From an uncultured archaeon (lineage in GTDB: Archaea > Iainarchaeota > Iainarchaeia > Iainarchaeales > JAAZKV01): a stretch of 64,000 nt of DNA. The stretch is taken from assembly GCA_964549775.1 (NCBI GenBank), contig CAZJVN010000001.1, forward strand, positions 21,028-85,027, read 5' to 3'. The position numbers were made by a program, and so were the translations under genes. Below the pieces are notes generated by a model that did not search any database, was not told where the DNA came from, and saw only the letters and a list, made by a program, of their open reading frames with translations. Numbering within the stretch: the stretch's first letter is position 1; each line of letters begins with the position of its first letter. Shown one piece after another: positions 10,001 through 19,257 of the stretch.

Positions 10001-12127
10001 TCATTTAATATTTCTTCAAATGGTTCAGGAGATTTATTTTTTGGGTCAGACAAATTGAAAAAAGTTGTTCTTGGAACAAATATTAATTTACCTTCAAAAA
10101 CAAATCAAGAATTTTCTGTTAATGGGTACATTAACAAAAATAGTTCTTCTTGGATGGTTTTAACTCTAACTAGTGGTTCAGCAAGAATTAGTACTGTTTT
10201 TGTAATGGTTACAAGTGAATCAAGTTTATTAGAATTAAAAGATGCTTGCTTTTTAGCAGGAGTAAGTGGACAAGATTTGTACTTAAGATTTGGAACAAAA
10301 TACGGACAAGACAGTATTAGTATCCCAAGTGCAGAAATAAACATTTACAAGAATTGTGATACTGCTCCAAGATCTTTTTCAGAGCAAAAATTAATCCAAT
10401 CAAATACTGGTTCAATTAATACTACTCTTGACGAAAATAAAAGTTATGTTTATGGAAAAGATTGTTTGGAATATAAAATAAATGCTAAAGAGGGAACTTA
10501 TATTTATCCCGAACTTAGTGGAAAAATAATGGCTGGTTCTTGTGGGACTCCTGATCCTGAACTTGCTTGTCTTAGTGTTGATTTGATTTATGAAAATCAA
10601 AATGAAAGTCAAGGATTAATTACAATGGATTGGGACAAGAAAGCAACTATGAGAATTTCAAATCGTTCTTGTTCTGGACCAATAGATGTTGTAATTGAAA
10701 GTGGACTTATTTGTAAAATTGATGGTAAAAATTGTACTGCTCCAACCACAATTAATCAAAAAGCAACAAAAGATTTTGAAATAACTTCAAAGAATGTTAA
10801 TTATATTCCAAGTGAAATGCCAAACTTTAGTGATGTTTTAGGATATTACCCAGTGTATGTTAAAGCTAAATTAACTAATAATCCAAGAAAAGTTTATTCA
10901 ATCGCTAAAACAACAAATATTAGTATCTATAATAGTAAAAGTTGTTTTGCAATTTCAAAAGATTACTTTGATTTCCTTTCTTCAAACGAAGATTCTCCTT
11001 TCGAACTAAAAAATGAATGCCAATACACTTTAATTGGAGATTATTTTGTTCCAAAAGCAAATCTAAGTGCATTTGGTTATGATTTAAATTTAAACATTCC
11101 AATTTACTCAACAGTTCAATTTAAACCTAAACTTTTTATCACTGGTGCACCTTACCGAGTAGAGCAAAGAACTGAAACAGTTTCTTATTGGTTAAATAGC
11201 AAAATTATTGAGGATAGTGAAATTGAATCAGTTACAGTCCCTGGAGAAGATTATGTTAGATATGAAACTTATAATTTTGATTTAACTCAAACTCAAGGAA
11301 AAACTGATAAAATAAAAATAAAATTCAAGGACTTTAATTTTGATATTTACGATTTTGAGGAAGTAACCTCTTCTTTTGATGGAGGCTACCAATATTCAAG
11401 ATTTGCTTATGGGATGGCAATTGACGGAAATATTAAAGTTACTTTCAAGGATGGAAATTCAATTTTTATAAAACCTAGTAAAAATTTTAACATAACTAAT
11501 GCGCCAATTTGTACAAATGTTTCCGCTGAAAACAATGTGGAAAGTTGTAGAATAATTAATTCATTTTTAGACACTACTGAAGACAGGGTTGAAAAAGATA
11601 AAAACTTTGTGAGTGGAGAGTTGATTATCAAATTACCTACAAAGAAAACAATTGATTATATTGATTTTAATATTATTGGTAATCCCATCATGAGTAATTT
11701 AACTGTTAGTTTAAGCACTTTCCAATCAATTGACATGAATATTCCTTATTATGTATTAACAGATACTGATGTAAATTATACTATTGATTTAATCGACAAC
11801 AATAAAGAAATAGCTGCTATTGAAGGAATAGAATACTTAATCAAATCGTTTGATGACATAAACGCTTTTAGAAGCGGAATATTTTCTTCATTACACAATC
11901 CAAAAGTGTACATTATTTCAGGAAATCCTTTAGTTTCTGTTTGGATTGAAGGAGATTTAGTTAAAGCAAAATTCGTTGGACAAGACGTTGCACGATTTAA
12001 TAATGGAAAAATTGACGCTACATTAATTCAAGATTTTGCGCAAGGAAATAGTTTAGGGATAGTTGAAATTACAGATTATGTTTATCAAGTTCCAGGAAAA
12101 ACAATTAGTGGGGTTAATCAAAATTAA
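7031..12127 (+). CDS. Very large N-terminally anchored surface protein with beta-sandwich (carboxypeptidase-regulatory/Ig-like) repeats
   Basis: 1698 aa, single TM near residues 52-70, repeated TDxxG..GY units, N/S/T-rich, paired Cys. Confidence 0.8.
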   Translation: MVGNEIFQKITTSIQNFYYALEDKWYNVLDKIDPKVPVYKIIDPIDKFVPSFVLFLLFLFFLILLAGYLIRFSSPYEVTFTISDASNNTKLSGVQLSGAINENEFKQVITDSKGIATVQTIGSKKNFYDILAAIFFGSKDLFIAQLSVKKENYVPWENKIVTLEGKTYEIALSKVPQEPVKFKGVAVVELLDKDTLQKIVDLTGSSFIQYDCKNIKIAGAPITVKDDSDGAIDGSFKLAKDNCEFIITNASAPGYESLGISVNLDPTKDKHKISLQKQSADEGIANVFVYELKGSEKKAIPGIKVFFNKINTNDYSFTNSSGVAQKTLTTGEYVITINDENYYPITQTSNKKIIITKASSSTIEIQLTFLPLALRRYVYFKVIDSNSLAIANASVSLIELQKDKNGNYFGADLNSNTIHYTPLITNLTDTNGLFRQHGFTDTNIKVIAIVKKAGYLNKVFLAQIVKYDATYEVVTLEKLVPENTASANIIVKEKDTNKSIFGANAYLYYSATIGGVFIKNIPITQQGVKTDYLGNAKYQYLIPGNYSAGADVENNYFSGISEEKFIDINQTKDFNIFVKLNASLISFRLINAVTKNPIVGIIEVYYLSGSSKVLIETLTTTNSGFVKSNFAFKKTDNLYLVGKSPGYANGFMYHNGSSYPLAIGENNFSVKLYPKSALDYNNGGPSERNTYTIDNNQLCLKSPTENRCLDITNLNENYSNGIKVGNFSCNLQTDNSIICNNNLRYYYSSRVNMFFDNIYSTTDNHLSGYSTADSLEPGSSYSAVFDVVVDGNVSYSELLSMIRLEGAGKITNILPDISPRTGQFGHKCDNSSLDGNIRTRPDSYYYPTSSSCNSIGGTDSIIASIKWAQNPLPKGSYTVRVNFKINANSDDEPLNFYYRAKEKSQNGSTETLLMSRQFTVGEILGTGIYYRINNNGKNIIVKESSNISSNNRLLFVEDDVNPLRISLINRLENSLSNATLTLYSYYGDPSSFNISSNGSGDLFFGSDKLKKVVLGTNINLPSKTNQEFSVNGYINKNSSSWMVLTLTSGSARISTVFVMVTSESSLLELKDACFLAGVSGQDLYLRFGTKYGQDSISIPSAEINIYKNCDTAPRSFSEQKLIQSNTGSINTTLDENKSYVYGKDCLEYKINAKEGTYIYPELSGKIMAGSCGTPDPELACLSVDLIYENQNESQGLITMDWDKKATMRISNRSCSGPIDVVIESGLICKIDGKNCTAPTTINQKATKDFEITSKNVNYIPSEMPNFSDVLGYYPVYVKAKLTNNPRKVYSIAKTTNISIYNSKSCFAISKDYFDFLSSNEDSPFELKNECQYTLIGDYFVPKANLSAFGYDLNLNIPIYSTVQFKPKLFITGAPYRVEQRTETVSYWLNSKIIEDSEIESVTVPGEDYVRYETYNFDLTQTQGKTDKIKIKFKDFNFDIYDFEEVTSSFDGGYQYSRFAYGMAIDGNIKVTFKDGNSIFIKPSKNFNITNAPICTNVSAENNVESCRIINSFLDTTEDRVEKDKNFVSGELIIKLPTKKTIDYIDFNIIGNPIMSNLTVSLSTFQSIDMNIPYYVLTDTDVNYTIDLIDNNKEIAAIEGIEYLIKSFDDINAFRSGIFSSLHNPKVYIISGNPLVSVWIEGDLVKAKFVGQDVARFNNGKIDATLIQDFAQGNSLGIVEITDYVYQVPGKTISGVNQN

Positions 12128-12190
12128 TTAAAAAAAGCATGATTAAATAGACATTAAGTGATATATGTTAGTTATTGTTTTGGTGAAAGA

Positions 12191-13858
12191 ATGTTAAAAA
12201 AGTATATTGTTTTGTTGTTAGCAATTCTGCTAATCTGCCCAGTAATATTTTCGCAAGACAATAATAACACTTACTGGGATGGATTTATTAAAATCCATTT
12301 AGATAAACCTGAATTTGATTTAAATGAAAACATTACTGGAACTCTAACTGTAAACAATTTAGAAAATTACCCCCTACTTGGAGGAAAAGTAATTTTAAAT
12401 ATTGCTCAAGGGGAATACAGTTATCCTTCAGAATTTAATAAAAGCAATATTGTTTATGAAAGCACTATTGATTCAATTTGGAGTTTACCAATTTATTCCA
12501 ATGTAATAAATTTTTCTTTACCAAGTCAAGCAAGTGGGGAATATAGAGTGGACGCTTATTTTGAAGTAGGAAAATCAGCTCTTTCTGGATCAAACAATAC
12601 TTTACTAGGTGCAGTTTGGAAAAACTTTTCAGTAAAAGGAACTGATAAAAAAAGAGTGATAATTGATAGAGAAAAAACTTTTTTTGGAGAATATAATGTG
12701 GGGCAAAGAGGCTTTTCTGTTAATAGTGAAGAAAGCGTATCGGGAAAAGTTGTTGTAAAAAATGAATCTAGTGAAAGAAAAACTAATTTAGAGTTATTAA
12801 TTAGTTTTTGTGATTGGGATGTGAGTTATTGTAATACTGAAACAAAAGCAAATAAGTTTACTATTGATTCTATTGAAGCAAATGAAGAAAAAGAAATACA
12901 AGTTGATCTAATTGCTCCAAGTAAAGCTTCACAATATGAAATTAACTTGAAAATTACTAGTGGGGAGTTTATTGAATCAATTTATAAAAATCAAGTAAAC
13001 GTTAATGGAGAAACTGCGAAAATAAAAAAGATATTTATGACAGGACTTGAAAATAATGATTATTCATTTAATGCTCTAATTATTGGAAATACTACTCAAA
13101 CAAATTCGACATTAAATAATTTCATAACAAAATTAGTGTTATTTAGAGAAAATTCAATAGTTGAAGAGTTGACAGAAAATATTGGGACAATGAGTAATGA
13201 TGAATTGATTAAAAAGAATTTCAAAATTAATTCTAGGGACTTTGATAAAGTTTGTTTAACAATAGAAAAAGGAACTGAATTAATAGATGAAGAATGTTTT
13301 AATGTTAATTTAATTGAGTTAACAAAAGCTCATGAAATTAGATTTCCAAATTTTGTTAATGTAGTTTACAATTATGATGAAAAAAATGAAACATTATCAA
13401 TTACTCTAAAGAAAAATGTGATTAATTCAAGAGTTAGAATTATTTCAAAAAGCGAAGTATTATTTGAAGAAGAAGTTTTAGAACAATCAAACATTTATTC
13501 AAAAAGTATTTCTTTACCAAAAGTGACTGCTCAACTTGTAGTTGATGATTGGGATGCAAAAAGACAACAAGTATTTGATTTAGTACTAGACGAAACAGTT
13601 GATGTTAGAGAAACTAGTGAAGTCACTTTGGAAACTAATCAATATATTTGTCAAGAAAACCTTTGTACTGAAGGATTTACTTGTTCAGGAAAAAGTTATG
13701 AAGCAATTGGTGGGATTTGTTGTTTAAGTGAATGTGTTCCTGAGTCAAAAATAGGAAATTCAGAGCTAGTACTACCTTTAATATTTTTTATTGCAATAAT
13801 TATTTTAATAATAGCAGTGTTTGTTATAAGATCAACAATTAAGCGGGTGAAAAAATGA
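12191..13858 (+). CDS. Secreted protein with Cys-rich module and C-terminal TM anchor
   Basis: Signal peptide MLKKYIVLLLAILLIC; C-terminal Cys cluster followed by TM and basic tail KRVKK. Confidence 0.8.
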   Translation: MLKKYIVLLLAILLICPVIFSQDNNNTYWDGFIKIHLDKPEFDLNENITGTLTVNNLENYPLLGGKVILNIAQGEYSYPSEFNKSNIVYESTIDSIWSLPIYSNVINFSLPSQASGEYRVDAYFEVGKSALSGSNNTLLGAVWKNFSVKGTDKKRVIIDREKTFFGEYNVGQRGFSVNSEESVSGKVVVKNESSERKTNLELLISFCDWDVSYCNTETKANKFTIDSIEANEEKEIQVDLIAPSKASQYEINLKITSGEFIESIYKNQVNVNGETAKIKKIFMTGLENNDYSFNALIIGNTTQTNSTLNNFITKLVLFRENSIVEELTENIGTMSNDELIKKNFKINSRDFDKVCLTIEKGTELIDEECFNVNLIELTKAHEIRFPNFVNVVYNYDEKNETLSITLKKNVINSRVRIISKSEVLFEEEVLEQSNIYSKSISLPKVTAQLVVDDWDAKRQQVFDLVLDETVDVRETSEVTLETNQYICQENLCTEGFTCSGKSYEAIGGICCLSECVPESKIGNSELVLPLIFFIAIIILIIAVFVIRSTIKRVKK

Positions 13859-16560
13859 ATTACAAAAAAATAACTTTAATATTTTTCACTTTAATTATTT
13901 TTATTTCTTTAATAAGTTTTTCTCTGGCCTGGTATGCTACAGGTTGTGCAGGTTCTGGTGGGTGTAGAAATGTTTGTAACACTGGAGGAAATGGAAATAG
14001 AAATTGTTGTTCAGGAAGGAATTGGGTTTATTGTGAAGATCATGATGATGGATGTGGAAGAAATGATAACAAATGGATGTATAATATTCTTCAAACAAAC
14101 TCTCCATTATGTGGAGGTGGAGGAACTCCTGACACCGGACCAGTTTGCCCAGGAACTGGCGGTTGTGTTAATTTGGGTATTGTAAATGTAGACCCGGTTA
14201 GGGTAACTACTGAACAATGCCTCATCTCAGAAAATATGACTTTGAATGGAACCACATATTCTTTATTTGGAACTCCTGGATTTAGTTTAACTTTAACTGG
14301 ATTTGATTATTTTAAATGGGACCCTTCAGGAAACACTAAAACATTTTATATGTTAAATATAACTTCAACTACTGATTCAACAAAAAAAGTTTGGAAAACT
14401 AATGTTGCAAATAACGGACCATCAGTAAATTCAACAAAAAGAGCATGCACCACTGACGGTGCTGGATGTACTGTTGCCGGCCATTCATTAGGACAAGGAA
14501 CTTTCCCAAGAATAACCTATGTTTTCACAGACAATAATATAGGAGGTTTTAATTATAATTTAAGTAGAATTGCTAACTCTATACCAGAAACATTTAATTC
14601 CTGGGTGGGACCGGCCGGAATTGTTTCTGAAAAAGAATCGAATGTTTACATTGGCCTTCCTTCATTAGTAATTATGGGACCAACTGATGTTAATACAGGT
14701 TTTTTTGAAAAAAGTGGACAATATGAAAAGAAATTATTTTTCAACTTAATAAACACCTCTCCGCTAGACCTAAATTTAGAAAATTATAGACTAATTTGTA
14801 ATGGGGTCGGAGTAAGTTGTAGTATGGATCCAAATTATGCCGGATTTCAAATACCTAAATTAAATGGAGATTTAATTTTAACTGGAACTTTAAGAGTAGA
14901 CAAAAATAAGTTACCTACTACAGTTGGATTTGTTCTTGATGTTAATTATACTGTTCCTGCATTAAAAGATAAAGATTGTGGGGATTATTATACAGGAAAA
15001 ATTAGTACCTCTCTAAAACCAACTTTATTAAAATTGGGTTTAATGGATAAACAAAAATTCCAAGTCGGATTAATTTCAGAAAGTGATTCAACAAATTGTG
15101 TTGGAGAAAACGGAATGATAGGACAAACAGGAGAAGATTTTGTCCCAAGAGTAAATGTTGGATTTGGAGGAACCATTGATTCAAACAAAAAATTAATTTC
15201 TATTAATGAATGTGATACTTATGATATTAATGGAAGTCCTAATCCAAATTGGGTTTATTGTTCAAGAAAAGAATTTTTAGTTGAACTTGCAAGAAAAATT
15301 GACATTGCTTGGACAATACAAAAAACAATTAATGATTACAAACAATCGCCAAGTACTAGTGATGATTTACTAATAGAAGATTTAGAACTAGAAAAACAAA
15401 AATACTTATCGTTTGAAACAAATATTAGAAAACAATCTTTGTCAAAAGAAAATGTTTTAGCTTCAATAACTAATTTAAATTCAATACTTAATTCGCTAAC
15501 TGTTCAAACAGGTTTAGAAAATTTTGGAACACAAGATAAAATCAAACAAGCTACAAGATTAACAAATTTGTTTTCAAATGTTAATTTTACCTCTCTTGGC
15601 GGAGAGTATTTTGGAGAAATGCCTACTGGGACTTACAAAGTCAATATAAAATTGAGAGACATGAACATTAATACTCCTGATTTGTTTGAAACTGACGATA
15701 AATTGAATCCAAAGATTTCAATAAGTGTAGACTTTAGTACTTTACCAGTTGCACCAGAACTTAATTGGTTCTTTTATGATTATGCTGATGAAGATTTTAG
15801 CACTTTAACTAGCAAACCTCAATTAAACAATTTTAATAGTGTAAATATTATGAATAGGGGAAAATTATTTTCAATTAATCATGATCCAAATAACACCTCA
15901 CCAAGATTTGATTATAATTTTTACCCAAATTATGCTGTCCCTCTTTTTGTTAGATTAAAAACTGACACAAACGGAGATATGAACAATACTTTTTCTACAA
16001 ACATTACCGAACCTATTTATAATTTTAGTTATTGGACTGGATTTGCAAGTAGTTCTGAAGATGGATGTGAAAATATTGCTTCAGAGGAATTAACCACAAA
16101 TTCTGCTTTAATGCCTTATAGAGAAAGTGATTCTGTGAAGACTTTTGGTTCAAACGACTTTTATTTTCCTCAATTTGAGAACAACAAACCAAATAGTACA
16201 ATTTATTTAGAAACTATTTTGTTCTGGCCAAGCACAACAAATGATACAAAAACCATTAATTCACCTTTTGAAATTTACACCAACAATAATTTAAATAATT
16301 CAAAAAACAATGTGATTGTAAATAATATTGTTGAAACTGGAGAAAATAGTTTTTACATAAACAATATTGAGAGAATGTTTGATGCAATTAAAGATGAAAA
16401 GGTTTGTGTATACCAAGGAGTTAGTGCTGTTACAACTAATTGGACTTTGTTTTGGAATACAAAAAAGATTTATGATTCTATTAGTGACCTTAAGATAAAT
16501 GTAATTGAAGAAAATGATGATGCTACTATTTGTGAATCAAGAGAAGCACTTGGTGGATAA
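13855..16560 (+). CDS. Large secreted protein with Cys/Gly-rich N-terminal domain
   Basis: Signal peptide ending SLA, Cys/Gly-rich segment, ATGA overlap with previous gene. Confidence 0.8.
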   Translation: MNYKKITLIFFTLIIFISLISFSLAWYATGCAGSGGCRNVCNTGGNGNRNCCSGRNWVYCEDHDDGCGRNDNKWMYNILQTNSPLCGGGGTPDTGPVCPGTGGCVNLGIVNVDPVRVTTEQCLISENMTLNGTTYSLFGTPGFSLTLTGFDYFKWDPSGNTKTFYMLNITSTTDSTKKVWKTNVANNGPSVNSTKRACTTDGAGCTVAGHSLGQGTFPRITYVFTDNNIGGFNYNLSRIANSIPETFNSWVGPAGIVSEKESNVYIGLPSLVIMGPTDVNTGFFEKSGQYEKKLFFNLINTSPLDLNLENYRLICNGVGVSCSMDPNYAGFQIPKLNGDLILTGTLRVDKNKLPTTVGFVLDVNYTVPALKDKDCGDYYTGKISTSLKPTLLKLGLMDKQKFQVGLISESDSTNCVGENGMIGQTGEDFVPRVNVGFGGTIDSNKKLISINECDTYDINGSPNPNWVYCSRKEFLVELARKIDIAWTIQKTINDYKQSPSTSDDLLIEDLELEKQKYLSFETNIRKQSLSKENVLASITNLNSILNSLTVQTGLENFGTQDKIKQATRLTNLFSNVNFTSLGGEYFGEMPTGTYKVNIKLRDMNINTPDLFETDDKLNPKISISVDFSTLPVAPELNWFFYDYADEDFSTLTSKPQLNNFNSVNIMNRGKLFSINHDPNNTSPRFDYNFYPNYAVPLFVRLKTDTNGDMNNTFSTNITEPIYNFSYWTGFASSSEDGCENIASEELTTNSALMPYRESDSVKTFGSNDFYFPQFENNKPNSTIYLETILFWPSTTNDTKTINSPFEIYTNNNLNNSKNNVIVNNIVETGENSFYINNIERMFDAIKDEKVCVYQGVSAVTTNWTLFWNTKKIYDSISDLKINVIEENDDATICESREALGG

Positions 16561-16566
16561 AAAAAT

Positions 16567-17364
16567 TTAAACAAAAAGCGCTAAGTAAATTAAAAATAGT
16601 GCTAGAACTATTATAAGTAAAATTATTGTTTTTGTTGAAAAGAAACTTAAATCAATTTTTATTTTTGGAATAATTCTTTTAGATTCATTACCTTCTTCAT
16701 TTTTATCTTTTTTTGTAATAGATTCTTTTGTATCTGAAAAGAATTCTTTAGTATAAACTAACCAATTTTTTGGTTTTTTTAAATCGCTAAGAGTGCTTTT
16801 TGTTAATTCCACAATTCCTTTTTCTCTACTAGGAATTTTTTCTAACCCTTCAATTTTTTCATCAACTGCATTTATTTTTAAGTCAAATTCACTTTCGCCC
16901 ATCTTTATTTTTGTTAAATAAAAACCCAAAAGTACTTTTCTTACACTAGTAATTATTACGTTTTGTTTTGGAACATCAAAATAGTCTGCAGTTTTTAGTT
17001 GTATAACTTCGTGTTGTTGTTTTCTGTCAATATTATTCCATTTTTCTTCAAATTTTTCTTTAGGTATTGTTTGAATTGATTTTTTCCAAGTGTATTTAAT
17101 TAAATCTGTAAGTTTTTCTTCGATTTTTATTTTGTGTGCATTTATTACAAGTACTCCATCATGAGTTTCGTTTATTACTCCTTTAGCACTATTTTTGTGT
17201 TCAGTATAATAGTGATAATTGTATAAAAGATAAGGCACTAGAATTAGTGTTGGTTTTTCTATTTCAAACTCGTGCCAATCTTTTTTTTCTAATGCTTCTT
17301 TTATTTTTTGATTTATTTTAGGTATTGAAGCATTTAAGGGTAACAATGGATTACTTAAGTACAT
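16567..17364 (-). CDS. Hypothetical protein with C-terminal membrane anchor
   Basis: 265-aa ORF 19 bp downstream of sepF; hydrophobic C-terminus. Confidence 0.8.
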   Translation of the reverse strand: MYLSNPLLPLNASIPKINQKIKEALEKKDWHEFEIEKPTLILVPYLLYNYHYYTEHKNSAKGVINETHDGVLVINAHKIKIEEKLTDLIKYTWKKSIQTIPKEKFEEKWNNIDRKQQHEVIQLKTADYFDVPKQNVIITSVRKVLLGFYLTKIKMGESEFDLKINAVDEKIEGLEKIPSREKGIVELTKSTLSDLKKPKNWLVYTKEFFSDTKESITKKDKNEEGNESKRIIPKIKIDLSFFSTKTIILLIIVLALFLIYLALFV

Positions 17365-17383
17365 GCATCCACTGTCCTCTTAA

Positions 17384-17743
17384 TTATTTTTTCTTAATTA
17401 TTTTTACTTTTGCAGGAGTAACTAAAAGTCTTTCTTGAGAGATTGCTGCCATGTCTCCGTCAATCTTTTTTATTTCTCCTTTTATTATTGAAATTAATTC
17501 TCTTAATTTAGTTGCGTTTCTCTTTTTCAAATCTGCTATATTTACTAAAACAATGTTTCCTGCTTTTGCTTCGTTTATTACTGCAGAAGCATCTGCTTCA
17601 ACAATTAAGTCCATTGGTTTAACAAATGCATCAGCATTTTCGTAAGATTCCTCTTCAACTTGATCCATATTATTTAATACGTCTTCTAAGTCAACTGACT
17701 CAGGTTTTGCCATTACATTACTAAAAAAACCCAAAATAACCAC
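17384..17743 (-). CDS. sepF: Cell division protein SepF
   Basis: Amphipathic N-terminus, GNIVLVNI, IDGDMA and LLVTP motifs. Confidence 0.9.
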   Translation of the reverse strand: MVILGFFSNVMAKPESVDLEDVLNNMDQVEEESYENADAFVKPMDLIVEADASAVINEAKAGNIVLVNIADLKKRNATKLRELISIIKGEIKKIDGDMAAISQERLLVTPAKVKIIKKK

Positions 17744-17853
17744 CCCGCTTTAAAAGCGACTCTAATACATCTCCTTATACAAAACATATAAAAAGCTCTC
17801 GTTGTTAAGTTTGGATTTCAAACTCTAAAGGTATTAATCAAAGTAAATACACA

Positions 17854-18000
17854 TATTAGTGGAAGTTTTAGTGATTGACTAGCACTTCCATTAATAATTA
17901 TTTGTTTTAAGAATTAATTTATTGTAAATTGTTTATTTTGTTGAAAATTATTTTAATAAAAATTATTTTAGAAAAAATTATTTATTATAAATTATTTTTT
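17854..18000. promoter_or_regulatory. Candidate replication origin: ORB-like inverted repeat plus AT-rich element upstream of cdc6
   Basis: TATTAGTGGAAGT (17854-66) / ACTTCCATTAATA (17884-96), 12 of 13 match, then ~100 bp almost pure A/T. Confidence 0.45.
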
Positions 18001-18020
18001 TATGTTGGGGGCGAAGAATT

Positions 18021-19229
18021 TTGGAAAATATTTTTGAAAAACAATTACTTAAGGGAAGCGTTTTTTTAAATAAAGACATTATTTCTCCTCACCACATTCC
18101 TGATAAACTTCCTTTTAGAGAAAAACAAATTGATTCAATCACTCACTCTTTAGGTCCAGTGCTTAATAATTCTAAACCAAATAATTTATTTGTTTATGGT
18201 AAAACTGGTAGCGGAAAAACTTCTACTGTTAAACATGTTTTAGAACAACTTGATGAGTTTGTTAAAAAGAGGGAGATGAATGTAATTAATTGTTATGTTA
18301 ATTGTAGGAGTCACTCTTCAAAGTACAAAATTTTACTTAAAACCTTAAGAACTCTTTATCCTGAAAAAGAATTTTTAGGGTACAGTTCTTCTTTTGTTTA
18401 TGAAAAAACTTTAGAGTATTGTAGTCAAAAAAAATCTCATTTAATTTTAGTTCTTGACGAGATTGATAAAGTAAAGGATGTTGATGATTTAGTTTATTCT
18501 TTGAGTAGGGGAAATGATGAACTTGAAACGGGTTCAATTACTTTAATTGGTATCTCAAATAATTTAATGTTTAAAGAAAAACTTGATCCTCGTACTAGAA
18601 GTTCTCTTTGTGAAAGAGAAATGGTTTTTGACCCATATAATGCTACAGAACTTAAAGAAATTTTGAGTGAAAGATCAAAAATTGCTTTTAAAGAAGGGTG
18701 TGTTCTTGATTCTGCAATCTCTCTTGCCGCTGCTTTTGCTGCACAAGAATCAGGGGACGCAAGAACTGCAGTAATGTTACTTCAAAGAGCTGGAGAAATA
18801 GCTGACCTTTCACAAAAAACAGTGGTGACTGATGCTGAAGTTTCTAAAGCTAAAGCAAGCGTGGAAGAAGAAATAATTTTATCAATGGTTTCAACACTAC
18901 CAATGCAACAACAATTAGTACTTTATTCAATCGCACAAATGACTACTCAAAAGAAAGGGGTAAAAAAAGTTACGGGAGAAATCGAAGAGGGAGTATTGTT
19001 TAGTGGAGAAATATTTGAAACCTACCTTGATCTTGCAAAAAAATTCAATGAAACTACTATCACTAGTCGATGGTATCGTCAATACATTAACGAACTTGAA
19101 ATGTATGGACTTATCCTTGTAACAAATTCTGGAAAGGGAATCAAAGGACAAACAAGATTAATTAAACTTGGTTTTGATGCTACAAAAATTAAAACTGCGC
19201 TTGAAAGAGAATTATTCAAGAAAGATTAA
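18021..19229 (+). CDS. cdc6: Orc1/Cdc6 replication initiator
   Basis: GKTGSGKT Walker A, VLDEID Walker B, GDAR sensor, C-terminal winged helix. Confidence 0.95.
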   Translation: MENIFEKQLLKGSVFLNKDIISPHHIPDKLPFREKQIDSITHSLGPVLNNSKPNNLFVYGKTGSGKTSTVKHVLEQLDEFVKKREMNVINCYVNCRSHSSKYKILLKTLRTLYPEKEFLGYSSSFVYEKTLEYCSQKKSHLILVLDEIDKVKDVDDLVYSLSRGNDELETGSITLIGISNNLMFKEKLDPRTRSSLCEREMVFDPYNATELKEILSERSKIAFKEGCVLDSAISLAAAFAAQESGDARTAVMLLQRAGEIADLSQKTVVTDAEVSKAKASVEEEIILSMVSTLPMQQQLVLYSIAQMTTQKKGVKKVTGEIEEGVLFSGEIFETYLDLAKKFNETTITSRWYRQYINELEMYGLILVTNSGKGIKGQTRLIKLGFDATKIKTALERELFKKD

Positions 19230-19257
19230 TTATTAAAAAATTTATTAAGTGAATACT

